A stretch of 64,000 nucleotides of DNA. Origin: Candidatus Wolframiiraptor gerlachensis. Its GTDB lineage: Archaea > Thermoproteota > Nitrososphaeria_A > Caldarchaeales > Wolframiiraptoraceae. The stretch is taken from the NCBI GenBank assembly GCA_021323375.2, contig JAJPCT020000016.1, forward strand, positions 32,001 through 96,000, read 5' to 3'. A program made the position numbers and the translations under genes. The notes under the pieces are model-generated. The model searched no databases, had not been told where the DNA came from, and saw only the letters and a list, made by a program, of their open reading frames with translations. Within the stretch, counting starts at the first letter, position 1. Each line of letters opens with the position of its first letter. This document shows positions 51,244-59,433 of this stretch, one piece after another.

Positions 51244-52254
51244 TCATACCTTTTTCATGTCCTTCATGTTTGCTAAGCAGTGGGGTGCGAATGTCTCAAC
51301 CTGTATCCCCCTTTCAACTATGGCAGCTGCGGGCGTGATTCCTCCAGCCATGGAGATCCCGAACCTATCTAGCGACACCGGGATCCCTAGAACAGGCTCA
51401 TTTGACCTCCCGATCTTTAGGATCCCACTCCATCCCTTCCTCACCATCTTGTCAATTATTTCGATGGTCTTTTCCTCAGCCTCCGCAGGTATCTCCCTCA
51501 TATTGGCTGGAACCATCCCTGAGCCAGTCTTTAGAACATTCAGTATAGATGTAGCCCGCTTATAGACGAATATCTCGAGGGGATGTATGGTTGTGTGCTC
51601 GTAGTCTAGAACGTCCACGAAGCGTATGGGCTTTCTCCTCAGGAATTGAACGAGACCGCCGTATTTCAGGAATATGGGTATGCCATTTTTCATCAAGACA
51701 CCGTCTATGGTTAGGTTACAGACTGTGAGTAGTGCAATCTTACCCTCGGGCGCACTGACGCTCCTATACTCCTCATTCTCTTCGATTATCATGTAGTAGG
51801 GCGCGGGTAGGAGCCCATTTTCATAGAGTGAGCGAATCAGATCTATGGCCTCCTCGGCATGGCTTTTATCTATGACTGTTATATTCGCCACGACATCCCC
51901 GGAATTGTTATCGGGGTAATAGGTCGTCTTATAGGCTAGCGACATGTATTTCGTCAGGATTGAGCCCATCCTCTCGTAGGCTAGAGCTCGGGTTAGCTCT
52001 TCCAAGCCCTTCTCCGTGATCCTTCTACCAATCCTCTCATGGCCCTCGACAAATCCCCTCTCCTCAAGGATCTTGAGATGATATCTAACGGCTCTTTCGC
52101 TGAGCAGGAAGCCCCGCTTAGCAAGCTCCCTCTGTATTATTGATGAGCCGATTGGCTCGACATGCTCGCTCAGGATTCTCAGAATCTCTATCTGCTTCCT
52201 ATCAAGCTCTTCAGCCGACAAGGGGGCGCTCCACCCTCTCCGAGAGATAGACAA
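51244..52254 (-). CDS. NrpR-family nitrogen regulator (wHTH plus DUF128 domains)
   Basis: PIGSSII...SERAVRYHLKILEERG, TVCNLTIDGVLMKNGIP, GGITP. Confidence 0.85.
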   Translation of the reverse strand: MSISRRGWSAPLSAEELDRKQIEILRILSEHVEPIGSSIIQRELAKRGFLLSERAVRYHLKILEERGFVEGHERIGRRITEKGLEELTRALAYERMGSILTKYMSLAYKTTYYPDNNSGDVVANITVIDKSHAEEAIDLIRSLYENGLLPAPYYMIIEENEEYRSVSAPEGKIALLTVCNLTIDGVLMKNGIPIFLKYGGLVQFLRRKPIRFVDVLDYEHTTIHPLEIFVYKRATSILNVLKTGSGMVPANMREIPAEAEEKTIEIIDKMVRKGWSGILKIGRSNEPVLGIPVSLDRFGISMAGGITPAAAIVERGIQVETFAPHCLANMKDMKKV

Positions 52255-52343
52255 CTGGAAGCAACGCGAGATAAGGTTTCATGGCCTTATCACAGTTTGC
52301 AGAGCATATCATAATCATAATATCGTATTGAGGTGGGGTCATA

Positions 52344-52372
52344 CGGTAACGTATTGCCGAAATTCTTATAAG
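52344..52372 (+). promoter_or_regulatory. Candidate NrpR operator (CGGTA-N6-TGCCG) abutting the BRE/TATA (CTTATAAG) of gdhA
   Basis: 16-bp imperfect palindrome 52344-52359 with the same spacing as the methanococcal GGAA-N6-TTCC operator. Confidence 0.55.
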
Positions 52373-52414
52373 TGATGAACTTCGAGAGGTGAGCCAGATT
52401 TGGAGGTGGAGTTT

Positions 52415-53674
52415 ATGAGCGGATTAGATCCATTTGAGATGGCTGTTAAGCAACTTGAGAGGGCTGCCCGCTACATGGAGATAAGCGAGGAGGCGCTTGA
52501 GTTCCTTAAGAGGCCGATGAGGATCTTGGAGGTCTCCATCCCCGTCGAGATGGACGATGGGTCTGTGAAGGTCTTCACCGGCTTTAGGGTTCAGCATAAC
52601 TGGGCTCTAGGGCCTACCAAGGGCGGTATAAGGTGGCATCCCGAGGAGACTCTCAGCACAGTCAAGGCCCTCGCGATGTGGATGACGTGGAAATGCGCAA
52701 CGCTCGGGCTGCCATATGGCGGGGGCAAGGGAGGAGTGGTGGTAGACCCGAAGAGGCTCAGCGACCGGGAGAAGGAGAGGCTGGCGAGAGGCTATATAAG
52801 GGCAATCTATGACGTGATAAGCCCCTACACCGATATCCCAGCGCCCGATGTCTACACTAACCCGCAGATCATGGCATGGATGATGGACGAGTATGAGGTA
52901 ATTTCTAGGAGAAGGGATCCATCATTCGGGATAATTACCGGGAAGCCTATTATCGTCGGCGGGTCCCTAGGGAGGGAGACCGCGACAGCTCAGGGTGCCA
53001 TATTCACGGTGAGGGAGGCCGCGAAAGTCCTCAAGATGAGCCTTGAGGGCAAGAGGGTCGCCGTTCAGGGTTATGGAAATGCGGGATACTATATGGCAAA
53101 GCTCGCTAGGGAGCAGCTAAAGATGAAGGTTATAGCTGTCTCCGACTCTAAGGGCGGGATCTATAACCCGGATGGCATTGACCCTGATAAAGTTCTCAAG
53201 TGGAAGCAGGAGCACGGCTCGGTCGTGGACTTCCCAGGCGCCACGAACATAACAAATGACGAGCTTCTAACACTCGATGTCGAGGTCCTAGCACCCTCCG
53301 CGATAGAGGGAGTGATTCATAAGGGCAACGCGGATAAGATCAGGGCCAAGATACTGGCCGAGGTCGCAAACGGCCCAGTGACGCCGGAGGCCGATGAGAT
53401 ACTCTTCGAGAAGGGCGTTCTCCAGATACCAGACTTCCTCTGCAACGCTGGTGGAGTGACCGTGAGCTACTTCGAGTGGGTCCAGAACATAACAGGCTAC
53501 TACTGGAGCGAGGAGGAGGTGAGGGAGAGGCTGGATAAGAAGATGACCGAGGCATTCTGGGGAGTATACAGCATCCACAAGGAAAAGAGGATACACATGA
53601 GGGACGCGGCATATGTGAGGGCCGTCACAAGAGTATACGAGGCGATGAAGGCACGCGGATGGGTGAAAAAATAG
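52415..53674 (+). CDS. gdhA: Glutamate dehydrogenase
   Basis: [42 protein letters not shown]. Confidence 0.96.
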   Translation: MSGLDPFEMAVKQLERAARYMEISEEALEFLKRPMRILEVSIPVEMDDGSVKVFTGFRVQHNWALGPTKGGIRWHPEETLSTVKALAMWMTWKCATLGLPYGGGKGGVVVDPKRLSDREKERLARGYIRAIYDVISPYTDIPAPDVYTNPQIMAWMMDEYEVISRRRDPSFGIITGKPIIVGGSLGRETATAQGAIFTVREAAKVLKMSLEGKRVAVQGYGNAGYYMAKLAREQLKMKVIAVSDSKGGIYNPDGIDPDKVLKWKQEHGSVVDFPGATNITNDELLTLDVEVLAPSAIEGVIHKGNADKIRAKILAEVANGPVTPEADEILFEKGVLQIPDFLCNAGGVTVSYFEWVQNITGYYWSEEEVRERLDKKMTEAFWGVYSIHKEKRIHMRDAAYVRAVTRVYEAMKARGWVKK

Positions 53675-53728
53675 AAATCCCCAACCCCTATCTCTCAAAA
53701 TCATCCATCTTTAATTAGGAGAATCTCT

Positions 53729-54078
53729 TCAGACGAGCATCATTCGCATAGACCTAAGTTCCCGCTTAAATGGGTCTAGAATAAGCCCGAGAATCTCTAG
53801 CGTTACTGCACCTAGAACAGGCTGATCACCCTCCTCCCCCAATACTACTGGAGTATGCCCCTCGCCCTGCGGCAGGATAATATAGTACTCTGAGACCTTC
53901 CTCCTCATCCTTGTCCCATCCGCAAGGATAAATTCATGTTCTCGAATGGGTTTTAGCCCTATCTTCCTCCAGACATTGCGGGGAGAACAGTATACGTGGC
54001 TCCGCTATCAATGAGGAAAGAGAGTTCCTCCTCTCCCGTTGGTCCTCTTACGATCCCCTCAACATGTACTAGGCCTAA
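53729..54078 (-). pseudogene. Clan AA (retropepsin-like) aspartic protease, frameshifted and start lost
   Basis: GLVHVEGIVRGP...FLIDSGATYTVLP/(frameshift)VWRKIGL...LADG...LGAVTLEILGLILDP. Confidence 0.75.
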
Positions 54079-54120
54079 AGTTTCTCAAAGGCTCTTTTTG
54101 GAGTTAGGGGTATTAAAGCG

Positions 54121-54534
54121 TTACTTGAGTGGGACGTACATGCTGGATCTTGTCGCCCCCACTCCGGCTTTTCCATGCTTCACCTGTTTGCATGTTATCG
54201 CGAATTCTCCCAGCCTATGCCCTATCATCTCGGGCTTTATCTCAACCGGGACGAATTCCTTCCCATTGTATACGTGTATTGTTAAGCCGACCATCTCAGG
54301 CAGGATCACCATGTCCCTCGCATGTGTCTTGATAGGCTTCTTCGGCTTCTCACCCCTCTTCAGCATCTCATTCGCCTCTCTCACCTTCTCGAGAAGCCTT
54401 AGCTGGACGTGGTTCAGGCCGCGCATAAGGCTCCTCCTCATCCTACTTGGCAGTAGCTTTATGAACTGATCCATGCTCATCTGCCTAAGCTCATCCAGCG
54501 TGTAGCCTCTGTAGGTGAACTCCCGCCTTGATAT
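54121..54534 (-). CDS. rps19: 30S ribosomal protein S19 (uS19); conserved N-terminus implies an ATA start at 54534
   Basis: [15 protein letters not shown] is in frame upstream of the ORF-track ATG; [23 protein letters not shown]. Confidence 0.93.
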   Translation of the reverse strand: MSRREFTYRGYTLDELRQMSMDQFIKLLPSRMRRSLMRGLNHVQLRLLEKVREANEMLKRGEKPKKPIKTHARDMVILPEMVGLTIHVYNGKEFVPVEIKPEMIGHRLGEFAITCKQVKHGKAGVGATRSSMYVPLK

Positions 54535-54608
54535 AGGGCTTCACCTTCCTTTTTATCAGCTGACATGTTAATAAAGATAATGGGGGTCTGCTAAGACGCT
54601 CATGTCCA

Positions 54609-54894
54609 TCAACCTACCTCCCAGAACCTCTTTCTACATGCTTCGCATACTACCTGAACAATCCGGCTATCTACTATGACCGCATAACTCCTAACCCTCT
54701 CCTTAAGCCCCCTCTTTGTTAAAGCTATAAGACTTCCACATAGATCACATACCGCCTCGTACCTCTCAATATGTAAGACCTCTCTGATCCTGCCTTTCTT
54801 ATCAACAGTCGTGATTATCAAGAGGTCTTAAGGCGAATTCCTGAACCCTTGGGTCTCCATCAATAGGTGCTAGGATGATCATCCTAGCATCCAT
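54609..54894 (-). pseudogene. Small Zn-finger protein (CxxC...CxxC), probably frameshifted near 54822
   Basis: VCDLCG...VCEAC; ATG at 54894 (MDARMIILAP) is out of frame with the body. Confidence 0.45.
54868..54889. repeat. Perfect 22-bp palindrome TGCTAGGATGATCATCCTAGCA
   Basis: Exact self reverse-complement, read directly. Confidence 0.9.
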
Positions 54895-54895
54895 C

Positions 54896-55219
54896 CTAGA
54901 CCACTCCCACCACTTTATCCCCCTCTAGGATCACTGTCTCACCACCCCAGACACTCCTAACAAGGCTCTTGGTCTCCCTCATATTCTCACTTAAATACGC
55001 GGAGTCCCCATACTCGTTGAAGGCACTAATAGTGAAGATCTTAGACTTGGGGTCATAGACTACTGTAACGGCTATGCATCCGAAGCCCGGCCTGAACCTG
55101 CTCCTAAGCCTTCTTATCCGCCTATAACACTCCTCGTATACCTTATCATACGCCCGACACCTGACAAACAGGCCGTCTATGCCTTTTGGAAGGGGCTTCT
55201 CGGCTGGCCTGCCGCACAC
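54896..55219 (-). CDS. Hypothetical protein (virus/plasmid-like, possibly 5' truncated)
   Basis: 107-aa ORF in the accessory island; start abuts a divergent ORF. Confidence 0.55.
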   Translation of the reverse strand: MCGRPAEKPLPKGIDGLFVRCRAYDKVYEECYRRIRRLRSRFRPGFGCIAVTVVYDPKSKIFTISAFNEYGDSAYLSENMRETKSLVRSVWGGETVILEGDKVVGVV

Positions 55220-55221
55220 GT

Positions 55222-55311
55222 ATGCATGTTTTCGGCCTGCTGATACTGCTGACGATCCTAGCCGTCGCGCTGTACTCCTACCTGCTCATCTACGGGGCGA
55301 TTGCGGCATGA
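55222..55311 (+). CDS. Tiny single-TM peptide
   Basis: MHVFGLLILLTILAVALYSYLLIYGAIAA*. Confidence 0.35.
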   Translation: MHVFGLLILLTILAVALYSYLLIYGAIAA

Positions 55312-55508
55312 GGGCGTTGAAGAGGATTCTATCTAAGGGTCGCCGAGGCCGTCGGCGAGGCCCTGCCGTCGGGGATCATAGACCCCTAGATCCTCTGGTG
55401 GATCATCCTATCGCTAATGCTGCCATTTATTGCTGGCCGGAGTGATGTGGATGGCCGAGAAGGGATTTATAGTTTATGGAGGCTCCGACCTAAGGAGGCT
55501 GCTGAGGG

Positions 55509-55814
55509 ATGTTGAGGATCGGTATGGCGGCGCGTTCGACGAGCTCGGGCCCGGGCGCCGCCCAGGACTTCAAGCATATGATCGACTGCGTTGACGGCTT
55601 TCTGGATCTCTTGGCGGATCCGAGGGCGGACTCCAGGGTCAAGCTGATAGACTATGCGAGGATCAGGGATGATGTCTTCGAGTTCTGCCGGTTCTACGCC
55701 GGGTGGCTGGGAAATCCATTGATGGAGAGGCTGAGGCATGAGATATATGAGCTGTTGGAGGAGGCCATAGAATGGTGGGGAGAGCAGGATGTCCTCGACA
55801 TCATGGGGTGCTGA
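55509..55814 (+). CDS. Small helical accessory protein upstream of the IS110/TasR-like gene
   Basis: 101-aa ORF; homologous relic upstream of copy 1. Confidence 0.65.
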   Translation: MLRIGMAARSTSSGPGAAQDFKHMIDCVDGFLDLLADPRADSRVKLIDYARIRDDVFEFCRFYAGWLGNPLMERLRHEIYELLEEAIEWWGEQDVLDIMGC

Positions 55815-55830
55815 GGAGGAGGTGATATGA

Positions 55831-56691
55831 ATGGCCAGGGTCTATTATGTTGATACCGCCATTCCCAGCGACAGGAAGAAGAGAAGGAAGAATAAGACGC
55901 ATGTGGTCTTCGACGGGGATAGGACGTTTAAGGTGAATAGGCTGACAGAGCTGGAAGACGCCGGCGAGGTATTCATTGACACGTTATTCCCGGAGATCTA
56001 TGATGAGGTCGTGGAATTGTTGAGGAGGGGTGTTAGGGTGTATCTGCTGAAGGACGCCACCAAGCTGAAGAGGCTGAGAATGGAGAACAATTTGAAGAAG
56101 ACTGATGAGAATGATGCTATGCTACTTTCAAGGATTCCTCAATGCAGCTTCAAGCAGATCACATTCAAGGAAATGATACTGTTAAGACTAATCGAGGAGT
56201 ATGAGAGATATGTTGAGTGGCGGATGGTCATCCGGCGATGGTATCAAATCCACCCATTAAACTCCTTCAAAGAGTGTATTAGAGAACTCCGCTCCCTATG
56301 CGAGCGCCATGCCCGCAAGATTATTAGAGAAGTTAGGAATGATGAAAGCTATGGAACAATATATAGAGCGGCATGTGAAGCGCTGGGGATCGAGAATAGT
56401 GTTCATGTCGCGATATTAATAGTAAAGCTACCACTAAACTGGAAACTCGCCAAATTAAAGGGATTGCTGGGACTAACGCCACACAGCAAAAAACACAAAA
56501 AATATAACCATAAACTACGCGCAAATCTTTCAAACATTGCCGCGAATATTTACTTGAACTACAAGCGATTAAAGACTAAACCAGAGATTCTACAAGGACT
56601 CGAGAACCTTCCAATGAGGAAAACAATTTTTCGGTTAGAGATAAGGATACTGAAGGCATTGAAGAGAGCCAAAGTTGCCGGCGAGTGGTAA
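55831..56691 (+). CDS. IS110/TasR-like protein (RuvC-like DEDD-type domain, coiled coil, GLxP/Nop-like domain), intact copy 3
   Basis: Acidic tetrad D8, D50, D92, D95 (KKTDENDA matches IS110 KTDxxDA); LKGLLGLTP...YNHKLRANL; 286 aa; SD GGAGGTGA. Confidence 0.75.
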   Translation: MARVYYVDTAIPSDRKKRRKNKTHVVFDGDRTFKVNRLTELEDAGEVFIDTLFPEIYDEVVELLRRGVRVYLLKDATKLKRLRMENNLKKTDENDAMLLSRIPQCSFKQITFKEMILLRLIEEYERYVEWRMVIRRWYQIHPLNSFKECIRELRSLCERHARKIIREVRNDESYGTIYRAACEALGIENSVHVAILIVKLPLNWKLAKLKGLLGLTPHSKKHKKYNHKLRANLSNIAANIYLNYKRLKTKPEILQGLENLPMRKTIFRLEIRILKALKRAKVAGEW

Positions 56692-56794
56692 AAGCTACGC
56701 CAGTAGGTTGAGGTGAATTTCCGCCATAGACTTATAAGTCTATGGTGGTTGCGCGGGAGTTCCTACTGGCGTAGCTACTAGAACCGCCGGCCAG
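56674..56794 (+). ncRNA. Nested hairpin cassette, copy 3
   Basis: GCCGGCG/CGCCGGC outer stem, perfect 14-bp middle stem 56694-56707/56762-56775, inner CCGCCATAGACTTA/TAAGTCTATGGTGG. Confidence 0.6.
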
Positions 56795-56876
56795 CCACCC
56801 CCTTCTCTCCCTTTTTCCCCACCTAATGCATAAATGCTAATAGCAGTTGATACGTAGAAATAGTATATCTTAAAGA

Positions 56877-56968
56877 GGGCCGGTAGATCAACCAAGAGAG
56901 CTTCTAAGCCCCACCAAAACATCCACCTTACACATAGGAAGTCATAGGTTCAAATCCCGTCCAGTCCA
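56877..56968 (+). pseudogene. Decayed tRNA-Ala-like pseudogene with a ~19-nt insertion in the D-arm region
   Basis: GGGCCGGTAGATCA...GGTTCAAATCCCGTCCAGTCCA aligns to 45174..45246; stems broken. Confidence 0.7.
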
Positions 56969-57153
56969 ATTTTAATCACCAGCCTACCCTATAATAAAAA
57001 GCTAAAGCTTTAGAAAATTCGCCCCCTCATTATTTTATCAAAGCTCATGTATGGCTAGAGTAAAAAAGATAACCAGAACTCCCTTGGCACAGGTCATTCT
57101 CAGCGAGCCCAAGATTTAAGGATATACAGCGCCCCCGGTGCTTTCCTAATGGC

Positions 57154-58110
57154 CTAGCTTGGGGCATCCTTCACCCCAGTTCTTCTCGAGAGTTGTGGGA
57201 GCATCTTCTCAACCGCCTTCACTACCAGCAGCGCTAGTATAGTCGAGAAGAGTGTTTGGCCGAAGACATCCCTTGCATAGGATATTATGGCGACTGGGAG
57301 CCCCTTTATGAAGACGTTTACGATGAAGTATATTGTCGCCATGTAAATGCCGCTCGCGAGGAGTATCGCCGCTTGCAGGGGCATACTTCTACCCTTACCG
57401 AGGCCTGCTATCATCCCCTCTCCCCCATGAGCTATTATCGTGATGAACCATCTCGGGTACCCTATTATCAGATCCGCTATCAGTGGGCCTATCGCGCCGA
57501 CGAGCCCTCCAACCCTAGACCCATAAAGGAGGGCTGCCGCGAATATTGCTGTATCGCCTATGTTCGTGTATCCGCCCGTAGGCGATGGGAAGAATGATCC
57601 GGTGAATGCCGTCAGCACGGCTGCCATTGCGGATAATGATGTCGCGGCCGCGAGCTCAACACTGGTAAACCTCAGGATCGGCTCTGCGCGGCCGAACCTT
57701 AAGATGATAGCCGCCTCGACTGCTAACATGATGATCGCGGGGGCTAGAAGCATGTCGCCGAGCATAGAAGATGGGTAATCGAAGGCGCGCGGTAGAATCG
57801 GCAATACAATCGTCGAGATGAGTGCTAGGATAGCAATATATCCACACCATTTAACACGCCTTCTGAGGAAGATGCTACTGGAAGAGATCGCGGCTAGGAT
57901 CGAGGTCGCTGAGAAAGCTAGGTAGAGCGGCACCCTGATCTTCTCCGCATCAGGCAGGGAGATCGCGGACAATATGTCGGAGACGCCGAGATGTTTCAAG
58001 ATTATTGAGAGCTGAATCCCTACGCTCGCCGCGATTAGAGACATGGTCAAGGCCATTATGATTATTATCGTCCATAAGATCCTCTTATCCAGCTCTAGTG
58101 TGGATTTCAT
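57154..58110 (-). CDS. ECF transporter S component with N-terminal membrane extension
   Basis: C-terminal PSPTGGYTNIGD...GAIGPLIADL..GYP.W..TIIAHG.EG. Confidence 0.78.
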   Translation of the reverse strand: MKSTLELDKRILWTIIIIMALTMSLIAASVGIQLSIILKHLGVSDILSAISLPDAEKIRVPLYLAFSATSILAAISSSSIFLRRRVKWCGYIAILALISTIVLPILPRAFDYPSSMLGDMLLAPAIIMLAVEAAIILRFGRAEPILRFTSVELAAATSLSAMAAVLTAFTGSFFPSPTGGYTNIGDTAIFAAALLYGSRVGGLVGAIGPLIADLIIGYPRWFITIIAHGGEGMIAGLGKGRSMPLQAAILLASGIYMATIYFIVNVFIKGLPVAIISYARDVFGQTLFSTILALLVVKAVEKMLPQLSRRTGVKDAPS

Positions 58111-58207
58111 GCCCCAGCTACCTCAAGAAGTGTTTTTGCCGATATTTATCCGAAGCGTATGAAGCTCATGGTTAGTATTGTCGAGCGCGCTTCTGGTATA
58201 GGGGCGA

Positions 58208-59368
58208 TCATGTGCCTAGGATTCTTACAAGCCTGCTCGCGAGAATCACTGCTATGGCCGGGTAGATGCATAAGCTCGCAAATGCCGTGGAAAGCGGTAT
58301 CGCATTGAGTAGTAGGGCTATGATGATGGGTCCGAAGAGGTTTCCAACATCCCATGATGTCAGGTATATCGAGTTACCTAGTATCCTGAGGTTCGGTCTT
58401 ACGACATGGGCTGTTATCGTCGCGGTTAATGGAAATGTGAGGCCATGCGCCATCGCGATGAGGTAGAGCCCGATTATGAAGAGCAGCGTGCATGGTGCTA
58501 GGCCGGCGATCAGCGCGCCGATGGCGCAGGAGGCCATAGAGGCCTCGAGAAACCTGACAATATTGATCCTGCCCATGTATCTCGATAATATTGTCCGGGT
58601 TATGTATGTGATCAGGTAGTAGCCAGTGAATATTGCTAGGATGAGATGATCTGGGATTCCAAGCTCTATGCTCGCCTTCAACGGGCCATATGCGAAAATC
58701 CCTCCAATAGCTATTGAGTAGAGGAGGTATAGGAGTGTTGGGAGGAGGAGCGGCTCTCTGAGAACATCCTTGATCATGGATGATGTTATCTTCGAGTAAT
58801 ATGATTCCTCCCAGAGCGGCGGCCTAGTCTTTGCGAATACCGTTCCGAGGAGGACTGCGATCAAGCTGATCAACGCAGCGGAGGCCATGAGCATCCTCAG
58901 ATCCATTAGGTAGCTAAGGGCCACGCCGATTGCTGGCCCAGTCCAGAGGCCGAGAGCAACATAGGCAGTGTAATCCGCAACCGACTTCCGAGCCTCCTCC
59001 GGCGCCATTATCAGGCTTGCGAGCGAGAGAGTTAAGGTGTAGTTCAGGGCGAATGTAACTCCCTGCAGCACCCTGAAGACCCCCAGCATCCAAGATGTCG
59101 TGCTGATCGCGTAGCCGAGCAGGGCCACGGTATTCAACGTTATCCCGAGGACAAGTATCCTCAGCGCATTCCTCCTCACCGCAAGCATTGACGCAGGTAT
59201 CCTGCTGAGCGCGGAGGCCACTGCCGCTAAGGATACCAGTATTCCGACCTCGCTCTCCGACGCCCCTAGAACCGAGTATATGTAGACGGGCAAGATCGGG
59301 CCAATAATCTCATATGAGAGGGTAAACGTGAACGTTGTGTAATTGAGGAGCCTTTGATGCCATCTCAT
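58208..59368 (-). CDS. MFS transporter
   Basis: About 12 TM helices, FRVLQG, GPAIG, DVGNLFGP. Confidence 0.8.
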   Translation of the reverse strand: MRWHQRLLNYTTFTFTLSYEIIGPILPVYIYSVLGASESEVGILVSLAAVASALSRIPASMLAVRRNALRILVLGITLNTVALLGYAISTTSWMLGVFRVLQGVTFALNYTLTLSLASLIMAPEEARKSVADYTAYVALGLWTGPAIGVALSYLMDLRMLMASAALISLIAVLLGTVFAKTRPPLWEESYYSKITSSMIKDVLREPLLLPTLLYLLYSIAIGGIFAYGPLKASIELGIPDHLILAIFTGYYLITYITRTILSRYMGRINIVRFLEASMASCAIGALIAGLAPCTLLFIIGLYLIAMAHGLTFPLTATITAHVVRPNLRILGNSIYLTSWDVGNLFGPIIIALLLNAIPLSTAFASLCIYPAIAVILASRLVRILGT

Positions 59369-59433
59369 AATAGGTCGGGACTGATATCCTTAATATCCCC
59401 GATAATAAACCTTGAAGAATGGAGAATTGGGCA

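Noticed and set aside
56674-56880. Classical tandem TIGR array
   Set aside because: Only one hairpin unit per locus; no periodic repeat-spacer units are visible
56877-56968. Functional tRNA-Val(TAC)
   Set aside because: The loop reads TAC, but the anticodon, T and acceptor stems have A:C mismatches and the body is Ala-type (G3:U70)
57051-57120. ATGGCTAGAGTA (MARV...) as a fourth element copy
   Set aside because: Similarity ends after four codons
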